A stretch of 64,000 bases of DNA from Candidatus Limnocylindrales bacterium (GTDB lineage: Bacteria > Chloroflexota > Limnocylindria > Limnocylindrales > CSP1-4), in assembly GCA_038248915.1 (NCBI GenBank), contig JBBRXB010000001.1, forward strand, positions 229,097-293,096. Reading direction: 5' to 3'. Positions within the stretch are counted from its first letter, which is position 1. Every line of letters starts with the position of its first letter. The position numbers and the translations under genes were made by a program. The notes under the pieces were generated by a model that was not told where the DNA came from, made no database searches, and saw only the letters and a program-made list of their open reading frames with translations. Of this stretch, positions 8,325-17,964 are shown in pieces.

Positions 8325-9223
8325 CCGCCTCGAGCGAGGTCGTCGCCACCGGCACGAAGGTCGCCGTCCGCAAGGAAGGCAAGTCGCGGTTTGGCCGCCT
8401 GCCTCTCCACCTCGCGATCATCGGCCTGATGGTCATCTGGCTGATCCCGACGATCGGCCTGCTCATCAACTCGCTGCGACCCGCGTCAGAGGTGAATTCG
8501 TCCGGCTGGTGGACCGCGATCTTCGCGCCGAGCCAGCTCAGCCTCGACAACTACGCTCACGTCCTGGCGCAGAGCGATATCGGGGCCCAGTTCGTCAACA
8601 GCATCTTCATCACTGTCCCGGCGACGATCATCCCGGTCTTCGTGGCCGCTTTCGCGGCGTACGCCTTCGCGTGGATGAATTTCCCGGGGCGGAACCTGTT
8701 GTTCATCATCGTGGTCGGCCTGCTGGTCGTGCCGCTCCAGACGACGCTGATCCCGATCCTCCAGCTCTACGGGCCCAAGAATCTCAACATCGCCGGCTCG
8801 TTCCTGACCGTCTGGCTGGCCCATACCGCGTACGGCCTGCCGTTCGCGATCTTCCTGCTTCGCAACTTCATGGGTGGCCTGCCCAAGGAGGTGTTCGAGT
8901 CGGCGGCGATCGACGGCGCCAGCCCGGTCACCTCGTTCCTGCGCCTGGCCCTGCCCATGAGCATCCCGGCCATCGCGGCCCTGGTCATCTTCCAGTTCCT
9001 GTTCGTATGGAACGACCTGCTCGTGGCCCTCATCTTCCTGGGCTCGAGCCCACAGAACCTGCCGATGACCGTCGGGATCTCCAACCTCGTCACCTCGATC
9101 GGCGGTGGTTGGGAGTTCCTGGGGGCCGCGGCGTTCATCTCGATGTTGGTGCCACTCGCGATCTTCTTCGGGCTCCAGCGCTACTTCGTGCGCGGGATCA
9201 CGGGCGGCTCGGTCAAGGGCTGA
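8321..9223 (+). CDS. Carbohydrate ABC transporter permease (MalG/UgpE-like)
   Basis: Its ATG overlaps the upstream stop (ATGA). The EAA loop reads ESAAIDGASPVTSFLRLALPMS. Confidence 0.85.
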   Translation: MTASSEVVATGTKVAVRKEGKSRFGRLPLHLAIIGLMVIWLIPTIGLLINSLRPASEVNSSGWWTAIFAPSQLSLDNYAHVLAQSDIGAQFVNSIFITVPATIIPVFVAAFAAYAFAWMNFPGRNLLFIIVVGLLVVPLQTTLIPILQLYGPKNLNIAGSFLTVWLAHTAYGLPFAIFLLRNFMGGLPKEVFESAAIDGASPVTSFLRLALPMSIPAIAALVIFQFLFVWNDLLVALIFLGSSPQNLPMTVGISNLVTSIGGGWEFLGAAAFISMLVPLAIFFGLQRYFVRGITGGSVKG

Positions 9224-9237
9224 TCACATGGTGTTGA

Positions 9238-9260
9238 CGGGCGGGCGTCTCCTCCGCCCG
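9238..9260. terminator. GC hairpin between convergent genes (possible bidirectional terminator)
   Basis: cgggcgg-N9-ccgcccg forms a 7-bp stem between the permease stop (9223) and the valS stop (9266). There is no U-tract. Confidence 0.3.
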
Positions 9261-9265
9261 CTCGC

Positions 9266-11986
9266 TCAAAGCCCCAGCCTGTCTCGCAGCTTGGCCACCT
9301 GGTCGTCGAGCTCGGCCTCGCGGGCACGCGCACCCTCGACCACGGGCGCCGGCGCCCGTGACACGAATGCGTCGTTGGCCAGCCGCTCGCGTACAACCAC
9401 GAGGTAGCCCTCGGCCTCCGCTAGCTCGTGCTCCAGCCGGTCGCGGTCGAGCTCGACCGACGTGGTGTCTGGTCTCCCGACCCGGACCGCCACCTCGATC
9501 TCCCCACCACCCACGATGATCGCCAGGTCGCCCGGCGTTGTCGCGGCCGTCAGCGCCTCTGGGGTCAGCTCGCGACGGAGCGGCCTGGCCCGGGCCAGCC
9601 GCTCGATCGCCGGACGAAGCGCCTCGAAGGTCGGACCGAGCGACGGCGGCACGAAGACCAGCGTCTCCAGCCAGTCCGCCGCCGGCAGCCTGGCCGAGGC
9701 ACGCGCGTTGCGGATCTCGGTGACGAGGTCGATGAGCGTGCCGACCGCCCGTTCCACCTCGGGGTCGCGCTCCCCCACCCCGGGCCAACGGGCGACGATG
9801 AGCAGGTCTGGGTCGCTGGCACGGTGGGGCAGGGTCGCCCACAGCACCTCGGTGATGAACGGCATGACCGGATGGAGCAGCCGCAGGTAGGTGTCGAGGA
9901 CCTCGACCAGCGCCCACCACGTGGCCTCGCGGACCTCGACCGGGAGATCCTGGTCCGACAGGCGGACCTTGGCGAGCTCGAGCCCCCAATCGCAGTACTC
10001 GCTCCAGATGGCCCGGTACAGGACCCTGGTCAGCTCGCCGAAGGCGTAGCCGGCCACGGCCGTATCGACGGCTGCCGTGGTGGCCGTCGCCCGGGATAGC
10101 AGCCAGCGCTCGGCTGGGCCGAGGTGCCGTTCGTCGGGCAGGCGGCGCTCGGCCCCCGCAGGGATCGAGGTTGGGCGGGCGCCGACCACGTACCGCGTCG
10201 CGTTCCAGAGCTTGTTCGCGAAGTTCCGTGCCTGCTCCGGCTTGGCCGGCCCGAAGCGCTGGTCGTTGCCGGGCGTCGCGCCATGGATGACGGCGAAGCG
10301 CAGGGCGTCGGCGCCAGATGCGTCGATGGCCCCGAGCGGGTCAACCACGTTGCCCTTGGTCTTCGACATCTTCTGGCCGAGCGGGTCGCGGATGAGGCCG
10401 GACAGGTAGACGGTGTGGAACGGTTCGGTCCCGGTCAGCTCGATGCCGAGCATCATCATCCGGGCGACCCAGAAGAAGATGATGTCGTAGCCGGTCTCCA
10501 TGACCGAGGTCGGGTAGTAGGTCGCGTAGTCGGGCGTCGGGTCCGGCCAGCCGAGGGTCGAGAACGGCCACAGCCCGGAGCTGAACCAGGTGTCGAAGAT
10601 GTCCGGGTCCTGCTGGAGCTCCGTCGCCGGACGCCCGCACGTCGCACAAGCCACCGGGCCATCGATCTCTGAGGAGACCGTGACGTGGCCGTCCGGGCAA
10701 TACCAGGCCGGGATGCGGTGGCCCCACCACAGCTGGCGGGACACGTTCCAGTCACGGATGTCGGTCAGCCAGTGCTCCCAGGTCTTCTCGAAGCGCTCGG
10801 GCAGGATCCGGGTCGCGCCGGAGCGGGTGGCCTCGAGCGCGCGCGCGGCCAGCGGGCGGGTCCGGATGAACCACTGGGTCTTGAGTCGTGGCTCGATGAT
10901 GTCATTGCTGCGCTGGCAGCGCCCAACGACCATCTCGTGCGGCTCGGCCTTGACCAGGTCGCCGGACGCCTCGAGGGCCGCGACGATCGCCGCGCGGGCC
11001 GCGAAGCGATCGAGGCCATCGAACCGCGTCCCTGTGCCGGCGATCGTGCCGTCATCGGCCAGGATCGTCGGTGCCGGGAGTCCGTGGCGCAGGCCGGTGG
11101 CGTGGTCGTCGTGGTCGTGGCCCGGGGTGATCTTGACCGCCCCGGACCCGAACGCGCGGTCGACCACCTCGTCGGCGATGATCGGCACGTCGCGCTCCAC
11201 GAATGGGATCCGCACGAGCCGGCCGACGAATGCGGCGTAGCGCGGGTCGTCGGGATGGACCGCCACCGCGGTGTCGCCGAGGATCGTCTCGGGCCTGGTC
11301 GTCGCGATCGAGATGGTGGCCTCCGGCTCAGGCGCCCGCGTCGCCGGGTCGATGAGGTGGTAGCGGATCGTCCAGAGCGTGCCGGTCTCCGGCGTCGCCA
11401 CGACCTCGAGGTCGCTGACGCTGGTCTGGCAGCCCGGGCACCAGTTGACCAGCGCCTCCGTCCGGTAGGCGAGGTCCTTCTCGTAGAGGCGGGTGAACGC
11501 GACGCGGACGGCGTTGGCCGAGCCCTCATCCATGGTGTACCGCAGGCGGCCCCAGTCGGCGGACGCGCCGACCCGCCGCTGCTGGGCGAGCATGACCTCG
11601 CGGGTCCGTGCCACGAACTCGTGCATCCGCTCGAGATAGCGCTCGCGCCCGAGGCTCTGGCGGCTCTCCCCTTCCTTGGCGAGGATCCCATCGAGTACGA
11701 ACTGGGCCGCGATCGAGGCGTGGTCGAGGCCGGGCAGAAAGAGCGCGCGGTGGCCGCGCATCCGAGCGTGGCGGATCATCAAGTCTTCGACCGCAGTCCG
11801 CTGCGCGTGCCCCAGGTGGAGCGAGCCCGTGATGTTGGGCGGCGGCTGGATGATCGTGAACGGCTCCAGGGTCGGGTCGGCGGTCGAGCCGGCTCCGTCC
11901 GGGGCGAACACGTCCGCGGCGAGCCAGCGCTCGTAGATCGCGCCCTCGACATCACGCGGCGTGTAGGCCTTGGGGAGCTCCGGCAT
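9266..11986 (-). CDS. valS: Valine--tRNA ligase
   Basis: The product starts MPELPKAYTPRDVEGAIYERW. Class I motifs are present: PPPNITGSLHLGH (HIGH) and KMSKTKGN (KMSKS). The C-terminus is coiled-coil. ATG 11986 has GAGGA 5 nt upstream. Confidence 0.95.
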   Translation of the reverse strand: MPELPKAYTPRDVEGAIYERWLAADVFAPDGAGSTADPTLEPFTIIQPPPNITGSLHLGHAQRTAVEDLMIRHARMRGHRALFLPGLDHASIAAQFVLDGILAKEGESRQSLGRERYLERMHEFVARTREVMLAQQRRVGASADWGRLRYTMDEGSANAVRVAFTRLYEKDLAYRTEALVNWCPGCQTSVSDLEVVATPETGTLWTIRYHLIDPATRAPEPEATISIATTRPETILGDTAVAVHPDDPRYAAFVGRLVRIPFVERDVPIIADEVVDRAFGSGAVKITPGHDHDDHATGLRHGLPAPTILADDGTIAGTGTRFDGLDRFAARAAIVAALEASGDLVKAEPHEMVVGRCQRSNDIIEPRLKTQWFIRTRPLAARALEATRSGATRILPERFEKTWEHWLTDIRDWNVSRQLWWGHRIPAWYCPDGHVTVSSEIDGPVACATCGRPATELQQDPDIFDTWFSSGLWPFSTLGWPDPTPDYATYYPTSVMETGYDIIFFWVARMMMLGIELTGTEPFHTVYLSGLIRDPLGQKMSKTKGNVVDPLGAIDASGADALRFAVIHGATPGNDQRFGPAKPEQARNFANKLWNATRYVVGARPTSIPAGAERRLPDERHLGPAERWLLSRATATTAAVDTAVAGYAFGELTRVLYRAIWSEYCDWGLELAKVRLSDQDLPVEVREATWWALVEVLDTYLRLLHPVMPFITEVLWATLPHRASDPDLLIVARWPGVGERDPEVERAVGTLIDLVTEIRNARASARLPAADWLETLVFVPPSLGPTFEALRPAIERLARARPLRRELTPEALTAATTPGDLAIIVGGGEIEVAVRVGRPDTTSVELDRDRLEHELAEAEGYLVVVRERLANDAFVSRAPAPVVEGARAREAELDDQVAKLRDRLGL

Positions 11987-11996
11987 CGTCGTCCTC

Positions 11997-12033
11997 AAAA
12001 CAGAACGGCCCGCTCGTCCAGCGGACGAACGGG
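11997..12033 (-). terminator. Candidate intrinsic terminator after clpX
   Basis: On the minus strand, cccgttcgtcc-gct-ggacgagcggg forms an 11-bp stem with one G-U pair. It is followed by ccguucuguuuug. Confidence 0.45.
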
Positions 12034-12048
12034 TCGTGGACTGGCGGT

Positions 12049-13362
<1,314 letters not shown>

Positions 13363-13379
13363 CGTCTGTGTCCCCGGTC

Positions 13380-14090
13380 CTACTGGTCCTTGGTCTTTTT
13401 CGGCGCGTCGCCCGGCTCGGTCGCGTCGGCGGCCTCGGCAGCCTCCTCGGCGGCCTTCGATCCCTCGCCGCCGGCCAGCCCGGCGTCGTGGGCCTGCGCG
13501 ATCAGCGAACTGCTCTCGACCGCGTAGACGGCGTCGATGATGCCATAGTCCCGCGCCTGTTCGGGAGCCATGAAGTAGTCCCGGTCGGTGTCGTGGATGA
13601 TCTTGTCGAGTGGCTGGCCGGTGTGGCGGGCGAGAATCTCGTGGTTGCGCTCGACGAGGAACTCCCACTCCTTCATCTGGATGAGGGCGTCGGGCGCGTT
13701 GCCGCGAAACCCACCGGAGCCCTGGTGGATCATGATCCGGCTGTTCGGCAGGGCATAGCGCTTGCCGTTGGCACCCGCCGCCAGCAGGACCGCCGCCATC
13801 GAGGCGGCCATGCCGATGCAGATGGTGCTCACCGGCGCACGCAGGTACTGCATCGTGTCGTAGATGGCGAGGCCGGAGGTCACCTGGCCACCGGGTGAGT
13901 TGATGTACAGGCTGATGTCCTTCTCCGGGTCCTCCGATTCGAGGAACAGGAGCTGGGCGATGACCAGGTTGGCGAGATGGTCCTCGATCGCGTCGCCGAG
14001 GAAGATGATCCGTTCGCGCAGGAGGCGCGAGTAGATGTCGTAGGCGCGCTCCCCCCGACTGGAGGACTCGATGACCATGGGGACGAGCAT
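13380..14090 (-). CDS. clpP: ATP-dependent Clp protease proteolytic subunit ClpP (single copy, extended acidic/Ala-rich C-terminus)
   Basis: The product starts [24 protein letters not shown]. Catalytic-triad context is present: GMAASMAA (Ser), MIHQ (His) and the D of RDYFM. ATG 14090 is chosen over GTG 14117. Confidence 0.93.
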   Translation of the reverse strand: MLVPMVIESSSRGERAYDIYSRLLRERIIFLGDAIEDHLANLVIAQLLFLESEDPEKDISLYINSPGGQVTSGLAIYDTMQYLRAPVSTICIGMAASMAAVLLAAGANGKRYALPNSRIMIHQGSGGFRGNAPDALIQMKEWEFLVERNHEILARHTGQPLDKIIHDTDRDYFMAPEQARDYGIIDAVYAVESSSLIAQAHDAGLAGGEGSKAAEEAAEAADATEPGDAPKKTKDQ

Positions 14091-14128
14091 GCGTGGACTC
14101 CCTCGTTCAGGTGGCACGGACCGGGTGG

Positions 14129-15553
14129 TCAGCCGGCCGGTGTCGGGACATCATCGAGGATGGAGCCCGGGTCGGTGGCATCGATGGCGGCGTTGGCCGC
14201 TGCCTGGCTGCCGTCCATCGCGGACGGTGGAGCGTCCTCGAGGTGCGGCAGCGGCTGATGGTCGGTATGGGTCGTCAGCCATTCGTCGATGAGGCCCTCG
14301 ACCACCCGGCCGCGACGGATGGTGCTGCGGATGTACGCGCGGCCACGCTCGGAGTCGAAGTAAGCCTGGAGTCGCGCGTCGTCGGCGTACCGTTCGCGAC
14401 CGCGGGCGACCTCGGCATCGACCTCCTCGTCAGGGACGATCAGGCCCTCCGCGTCGGCCACCTTGGACAGGACGAGCAGGGTCCGGACCCGCTTCTCAGC
14501 GCCGGGCCGGAACTCGGTGTGGAGGTCGGCATCGGTCTTGTCGACGGCCTTGAGATAGGCCTCCTCGGCGATCCCCTGGCGGGCCAGCGTGCCGCGGAAC
14601 TCGTCGTGCATGACTTCGACTTCCTGGTCGATCAGGATGTCGGGTAGCTCGAGCGTCGCGTTGGCGACGGCGTAGTCGATGATCCGGTCGGCGAACTCGT
14701 GGCGCGCCCGGTCGAGGGCGTTCCGCTCGAGTCGGGTCTGGACGTCCGCACGCAGGGCCTCGAGATCGGCAAAATCGCCCAGGGTCCCGATGAAGTCTTC
14801 GTCGAGCTCGGGCAGCACCTTCTGACGCAGCTCCCGCAGCTCGACCATGAAGCGGGCAGCCTGGCCGGCCAGCTCGGCCTCCGGGTAGTCGTCCGGGAAG
14901 GTGATGTCAAACTCGGTCGTGTCGCCCACCTCGAGCCCGACGAGGTTGGCCTCGAAGCCCGGGATGAGCCGCTCCTGGCCGAGGATCAGCGGCATCCGCT
15001 CCGAGGTCCCGCCCTCGAACGGCACGCCGTCACGCGTCCCGGTGAACGAGATCACCGCGTAGTCGCCGTCCTTCGCGCCGCGGCCCTCGACCGCGGTCAG
15101 CGTCGCGTTCTGGTCGCGCAGCTCGTCGATGACCTGGGCGACCTTGGCGTCGTCGATCGTGTCGACCTCGGGTCGGAAGTTGAATTGCTTGTAATCGCCG
15201 AGCTCCACTTCCGGGCGGACCTGGACGGTCGCCTTGAAGATGACCGGCTTGCCTTCCTCGGCCTGGACGATGTCGACCTCGGCGTTGGTCAGCGGCAGCA
15301 CGTCCTCGGCCACCAGCGCCTCGCGATAGGCGTCCTGGACGAGGTGCTCGACGGCCTCGTCGTGGACGACGCCTGGACCGAGATGGCGCTCCAGGACCGG
15401 GCGCGGGGCCTTGCCCGGGCGGAAGCCGGGCACGCGAGTCCCGCGCGACAGCCGGCGGACCGCGTCATCCGTGGCACGGGTGAGGCGTTCCGGCGGCAGC
15501 TCGATCTCGAGTTCGACCGTGGACTTGGGGCCGGGTGTCTTGGTGATCTGCAT
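14129..15553 (-). CDS. tig: Trigger factor
   Basis: The product starts [20 protein letters not shown]. It carries the ribosome-binding signature GFRPGKAPR, an FKBP-type PPIase middle domain and a C-terminal arm domain. ATG is at 15553. Confidence 0.93.
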   Translation of the reverse strand: MQITKTPGPKSTVELEIELPPERLTRATDDAVRRLSRGTRVPGFRPGKAPRPVLERHLGPGVVHDEAVEHLVQDAYREALVAEDVLPLTNAEVDIVQAEEGKPVIFKATVQVRPEVELGDYKQFNFRPEVDTIDDAKVAQVIDELRDQNATLTAVEGRGAKDGDYAVISFTGTRDGVPFEGGTSERMPLILGQERLIPGFEANLVGLEVGDTTEFDITFPDDYPEAELAGQAARFMVELRELRQKVLPELDEDFIGTLGDFADLEALRADVQTRLERNALDRARHEFADRIIDYAVANATLELPDILIDQEVEVMHDEFRGTLARQGIAEEAYLKAVDKTDADLHTEFRPGAEKRVRTLLVLSKVADAEGLIVPDEEVDAEVARGRERYADDARLQAYFDSERGRAYIRSTIRRGRVVEGLIDEWLTTHTDHQPLPHLEDAPPSAMDGSQAAANAAIDATDPGSILDDVPTPAG

Positions 15554-15589
15554 CGCCCCGGCAGTATACGGGGAGGGCCGGGGCGAGGA

Positions 15590-15935
15590 CCGCGACGGGT
15601 TGTCGGGCCGGGGGGCGGCCGGGCGGTCCTGTCGGGCGGTGGGGTCGGGCGGTCCCGTCGAGCCGGGGGGCGGCCGGTCCGGTCGGGCCGGGGGGCGGCC
15701 GGTCCGTCGGGCCGTGGGGCGGCGGGGCGGCCGAACGGCCGTGGGGCGGCGTCGGACCGTGGGGCGGCCGAGAGGCAGGGTGTCGGGCGGTCCCGTCGGG
15801 CGGTGGGGCGTCCGAACGGGCCGGGGTGTCGGGCGGTCCCGTCGGGCCGGGGGGCGGCCGGGCGGTCCTGTCGGGCGGTGGGGCGGCCGAGCGGTCCGTC
15901 GGGCCGGGGGGCGGCCGAGCGGCGGCCCGCAGCTC
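15590..15935. repeat. G-rich (plus strand) nested/degenerate tandem repeat block
   Basis: Motifs such as gtcgggcggtcccgtcggg and ggggggcggcc(g/a)gcggtcc recur throughout. A perfect 43-nt direct repeat occurs at 15602-15644 and again at 15841-15883. There are many runs of 4-6 G. Confidence 0.85.
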
Positions 15936-16191
15936 CCGGCCGACTTCCTGCCAGCGAGCAACCACATTCGTGGTATGCGAAGAACTGTGGTCTTCGGCGG
16001 CCCGGCACACCGTCGTTCGAGCGCGCCGCGAGACTTGACCCACGCTCCGAGACGGGCAGACCTCGCATACCACGAGCCACATTCGTATCTGGCACGAACT
16101 ACGGGCGGTCGCGGACTGGGCGGCGTACGGCCCCGTCATTCCTCCCAGGCGTATCGGCCGGCTATCGATGCGCCGACCCCCGCCCGGCACC

Positions 16192-16279
16192 TGGTAGGCG
16201 AGAGAGGGATCGAACCTCCACGCCGCTCACGCGGCACCGGCTCCTAAGGCCGGCGCGTCTGCCATTCCGCCACTCGCCC
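16192..16279 (-). tRNA. tRNA-Leu (anticodon UAG), type II with long variable arm, CCA encoded
   Basis: The reverse complement reads GGGCGAGUGGCGGAAUGGCAGACGCGCCGGCCUUAGGAGCCGGUGCCGCGUGAGCGGCGUGGAGGUUCGAUCCCUCUCUCGCCUACCA. It folds as a cloverleaf with anticodon loop CUUAGGA, T-loop GGUUCGAUCC and discriminator A. G1 and U72 form a wobble pair. Confidence 0.9.
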
Positions 16280-16369
16280 GTCCGAAGTCTAGCGTGGACC
16301 GCTGGGCGGACCGATGCGTGCGGCGTCGGCGGACCGTATTCAGTGGCGTAGGTCGGACCCCACCCTGTC

Positions 16370-16975
16370 TCAGCGCCCCGGCGCGCCGCCGGCCGCGCCG
16401 CCGGCCGCGTCGACGTCGGTCCGCTCCGAACCGGCCGTATCCGGCTCCGGGTCGCCCTCAGCCTGCCGGCGCGTCCGTTCACGGATCTGCGCCAGCCGCG
16501 CCTGGAAGCCCTCGTCGTCGGTCCGGAACAGCCAGCCGGCCGCGGCCTTGGTCGCGCCCGACAGGAGCGGTCGCGCGACGGTCAGGAGCAGCAAGGTCCG
16601 CAACCCGGCCCGGTCGCGGCTGGCCCGCTTGGCGTACGCCGCGAAGTCTCGTTCGAGCGCACCACGCACCTTGTCGCCGTCGCCGCCGAGTTTGCGGAGC
16701 GTCTTCTCGATCTCATCGGGCAGCAGCGAATCCGGCATCGGCGCAGGCGCGCCGGTCACCGCACGCTTGCCCGCCCGGAAGACCCGCCGCGGGCCACCGA
16801 GAGCGAGGAACGCCGCCCCGCCCATGATGCCGGCGGCCTTGCCCGGGCTGCGCCGGATCTTGGCGGGGACGTCCGCGGCGGCACGAGCCGAGGCCTCGAG
16901 GGTCTCCAGCTCGTCGCTCAGCCCGGCGCGTGCCGCTAGGACCCGATCCCGGGCGGCATCCGTTTCTGTAGCCAC
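16370..16975 (-). CDS. DUF3618-like protein
   Basis: The N-terminus ETDAARDRVLAARAGLSDELETLEASARAAADVPAKIRRSP resembles the DUF3618 pattern. It pairs with the upstream holin-X-like gene, as is commonly seen in Actinobacteria. GTG start at 16975 (40-nt overlap). Confidence 0.6.
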   Translation of the reverse strand: MATETDAARDRVLAARAGLSDELETLEASARAAADVPAKIRRSPGKAAGIMGGAAFLALGGPRRVFRAGKRAVTGAPAPMPDSLLPDEIEKTLRKLGGDGDKVRGALERDFAAYAKRASRDRAGLRTLLLLTVARPLLSGATKAAAGWLFRTDDEGFQARLAQIRERTRRQAEGDPEPDTAGSERTDVDAAGGAAGGAPGR

Positions 16976-17844
16976 TCGAGGGTCTCCTTGCTGGTCTCGA
17001 TCGTCTGGACAGGGTAGAAGCGGTTCTTGAGGGCCTCGACGTCGATGCCGGTCCGGGCGACATCGGCGCCCATCAGCGCCATCCAGGTGAGGTACCCGAC
17101 GGTGACGCCCAGGGCGGCTCCGACCTGGGGCCCGAACGTGATCGCCGTGAATGCCCCGACGGCCACACCGAGCACGGTCAGACCGGCCAAAGCGACGAAG
17201 CGGCCGCCGCCCGGACCGTCCATCCCGAGCGCGATGACGACGCCCGCCACCAGCCCGAGGAGACCGCCGATGAGCATCCCGATGACCAGCGGACGGATCC
17301 CCGGATCGACCGCCATGCCCGACGCATCACCGATCGCGCTATAGATCCGGTTTGGCACGTCGAGCCCCAGACCGATCCCGACGATCAGCCCGACGACGAT
17401 GGCGACCAGGAGGGTCCGGCCGATCCGACGCCCGGAGACGCCGATAGCGGCCAGGACCGCGGCCATCGCGATCGACAGGAACGCCTCCACACCGTGGACG
17501 ACGCCCCAGCCCATCGAGCCGAAGATCCACTCACCCAGGCCGAGGGAGACCCCGATGACGAGCAGGAAGACGGCGAAGATCACGAGCACCAGCGCCAGCG
17601 CACCGAGCGCGGCCACCCGGCCGACCTGGCCGGCGATCGCCGCCGCCTCGGCCTTGCCCAGCTCGATGTGGGCGATGACGAGCGCCATCAGCGCGTCGCG
17701 AGTCGCTCCGAGCTGGGCGCGCAGACCCGGGGGCGGGGTACGTGGACCCCGCGGGCGCTCGGATGCCGGCGGCCCCTCCGGTGGCGGCGGGGTCGAGGGC
17801 GGTGGTTCCGGCGGCGGGGTCGAGCTGTCGACTGGATCGTCCAG
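16936..17844 (-). CDS. Holin-X (phage_holin_3_6)-like multi-pass membrane protein, start uncertain (ATG 17688 or CTG 17844)
   Basis: LRAQLGATRDALMALVIAHIELGKAEAAAIAGQVGR, followed by several TM segments, fits the holin-X N-terminal pattern. That motif begins upstream of ATG 17688. Codon-position-3 G/C stays at about 80% up to the in-frame stop at 17875. CTG 17844 has GGAG 7 nt upstream. Confidence 0.6.
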   Translation of the reverse strand: MDDPVDSSTPPPEPPPSTPPPPEGPPASERPRGPRTPPPGLRAQLGATRDALMALVIAHIELGKAEAAAIAGQVGRVAALGALALVLVIFAVFLLVIGVSLGLGEWIFGSMGWGVVHGVEAFLSIAMAAVLAAIGVSGRRIGRTLLVAIVVGLIVGIGLGLDVPNRIYSAIGDASGMAVDPGIRPLVIGMLIGGLLGLVAGVVIALGMDGPGGGRFVALAGLTVLGVAVGAFTAITFGPQVGAALGVTVGYLTWMALMGADVARTGIDVEALKNRFYPVQTIETSKETLEWLQKRMPPGIGS

Positions 17845-17964
17845 GGTCGTGCTCCGGCTGTCGACGGTCGAGGGTCAGCGGCGATGATACCAGCGCGTCG
17901 GCCACCTCCCGAGGCGGACACCACCTCCCGACGCGAGGGCGGGCACGGCGCTACATTGGCCGAC

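Noticed and set aside
15590-15935. Possible CRISPR array, because of the many short repeats.
   Set aside because: There are no regularly spaced identical repeats separated by unique spacers. The units are degenerate, contiguous or nested and very G-rich, and there are no cas genes in the window.
14129-15967. Trigger factor with a 138-aa Pro/Arg-rich N-terminal extension (track ORF of 612 aa).
   Set aside because: The extension is just the translated G/C-rich repeat block. Trigger factors begin with the ribosome-binding domain (MQITKT...), and a -10-like TATACT sits 9 nt upstream of ATG 15553.
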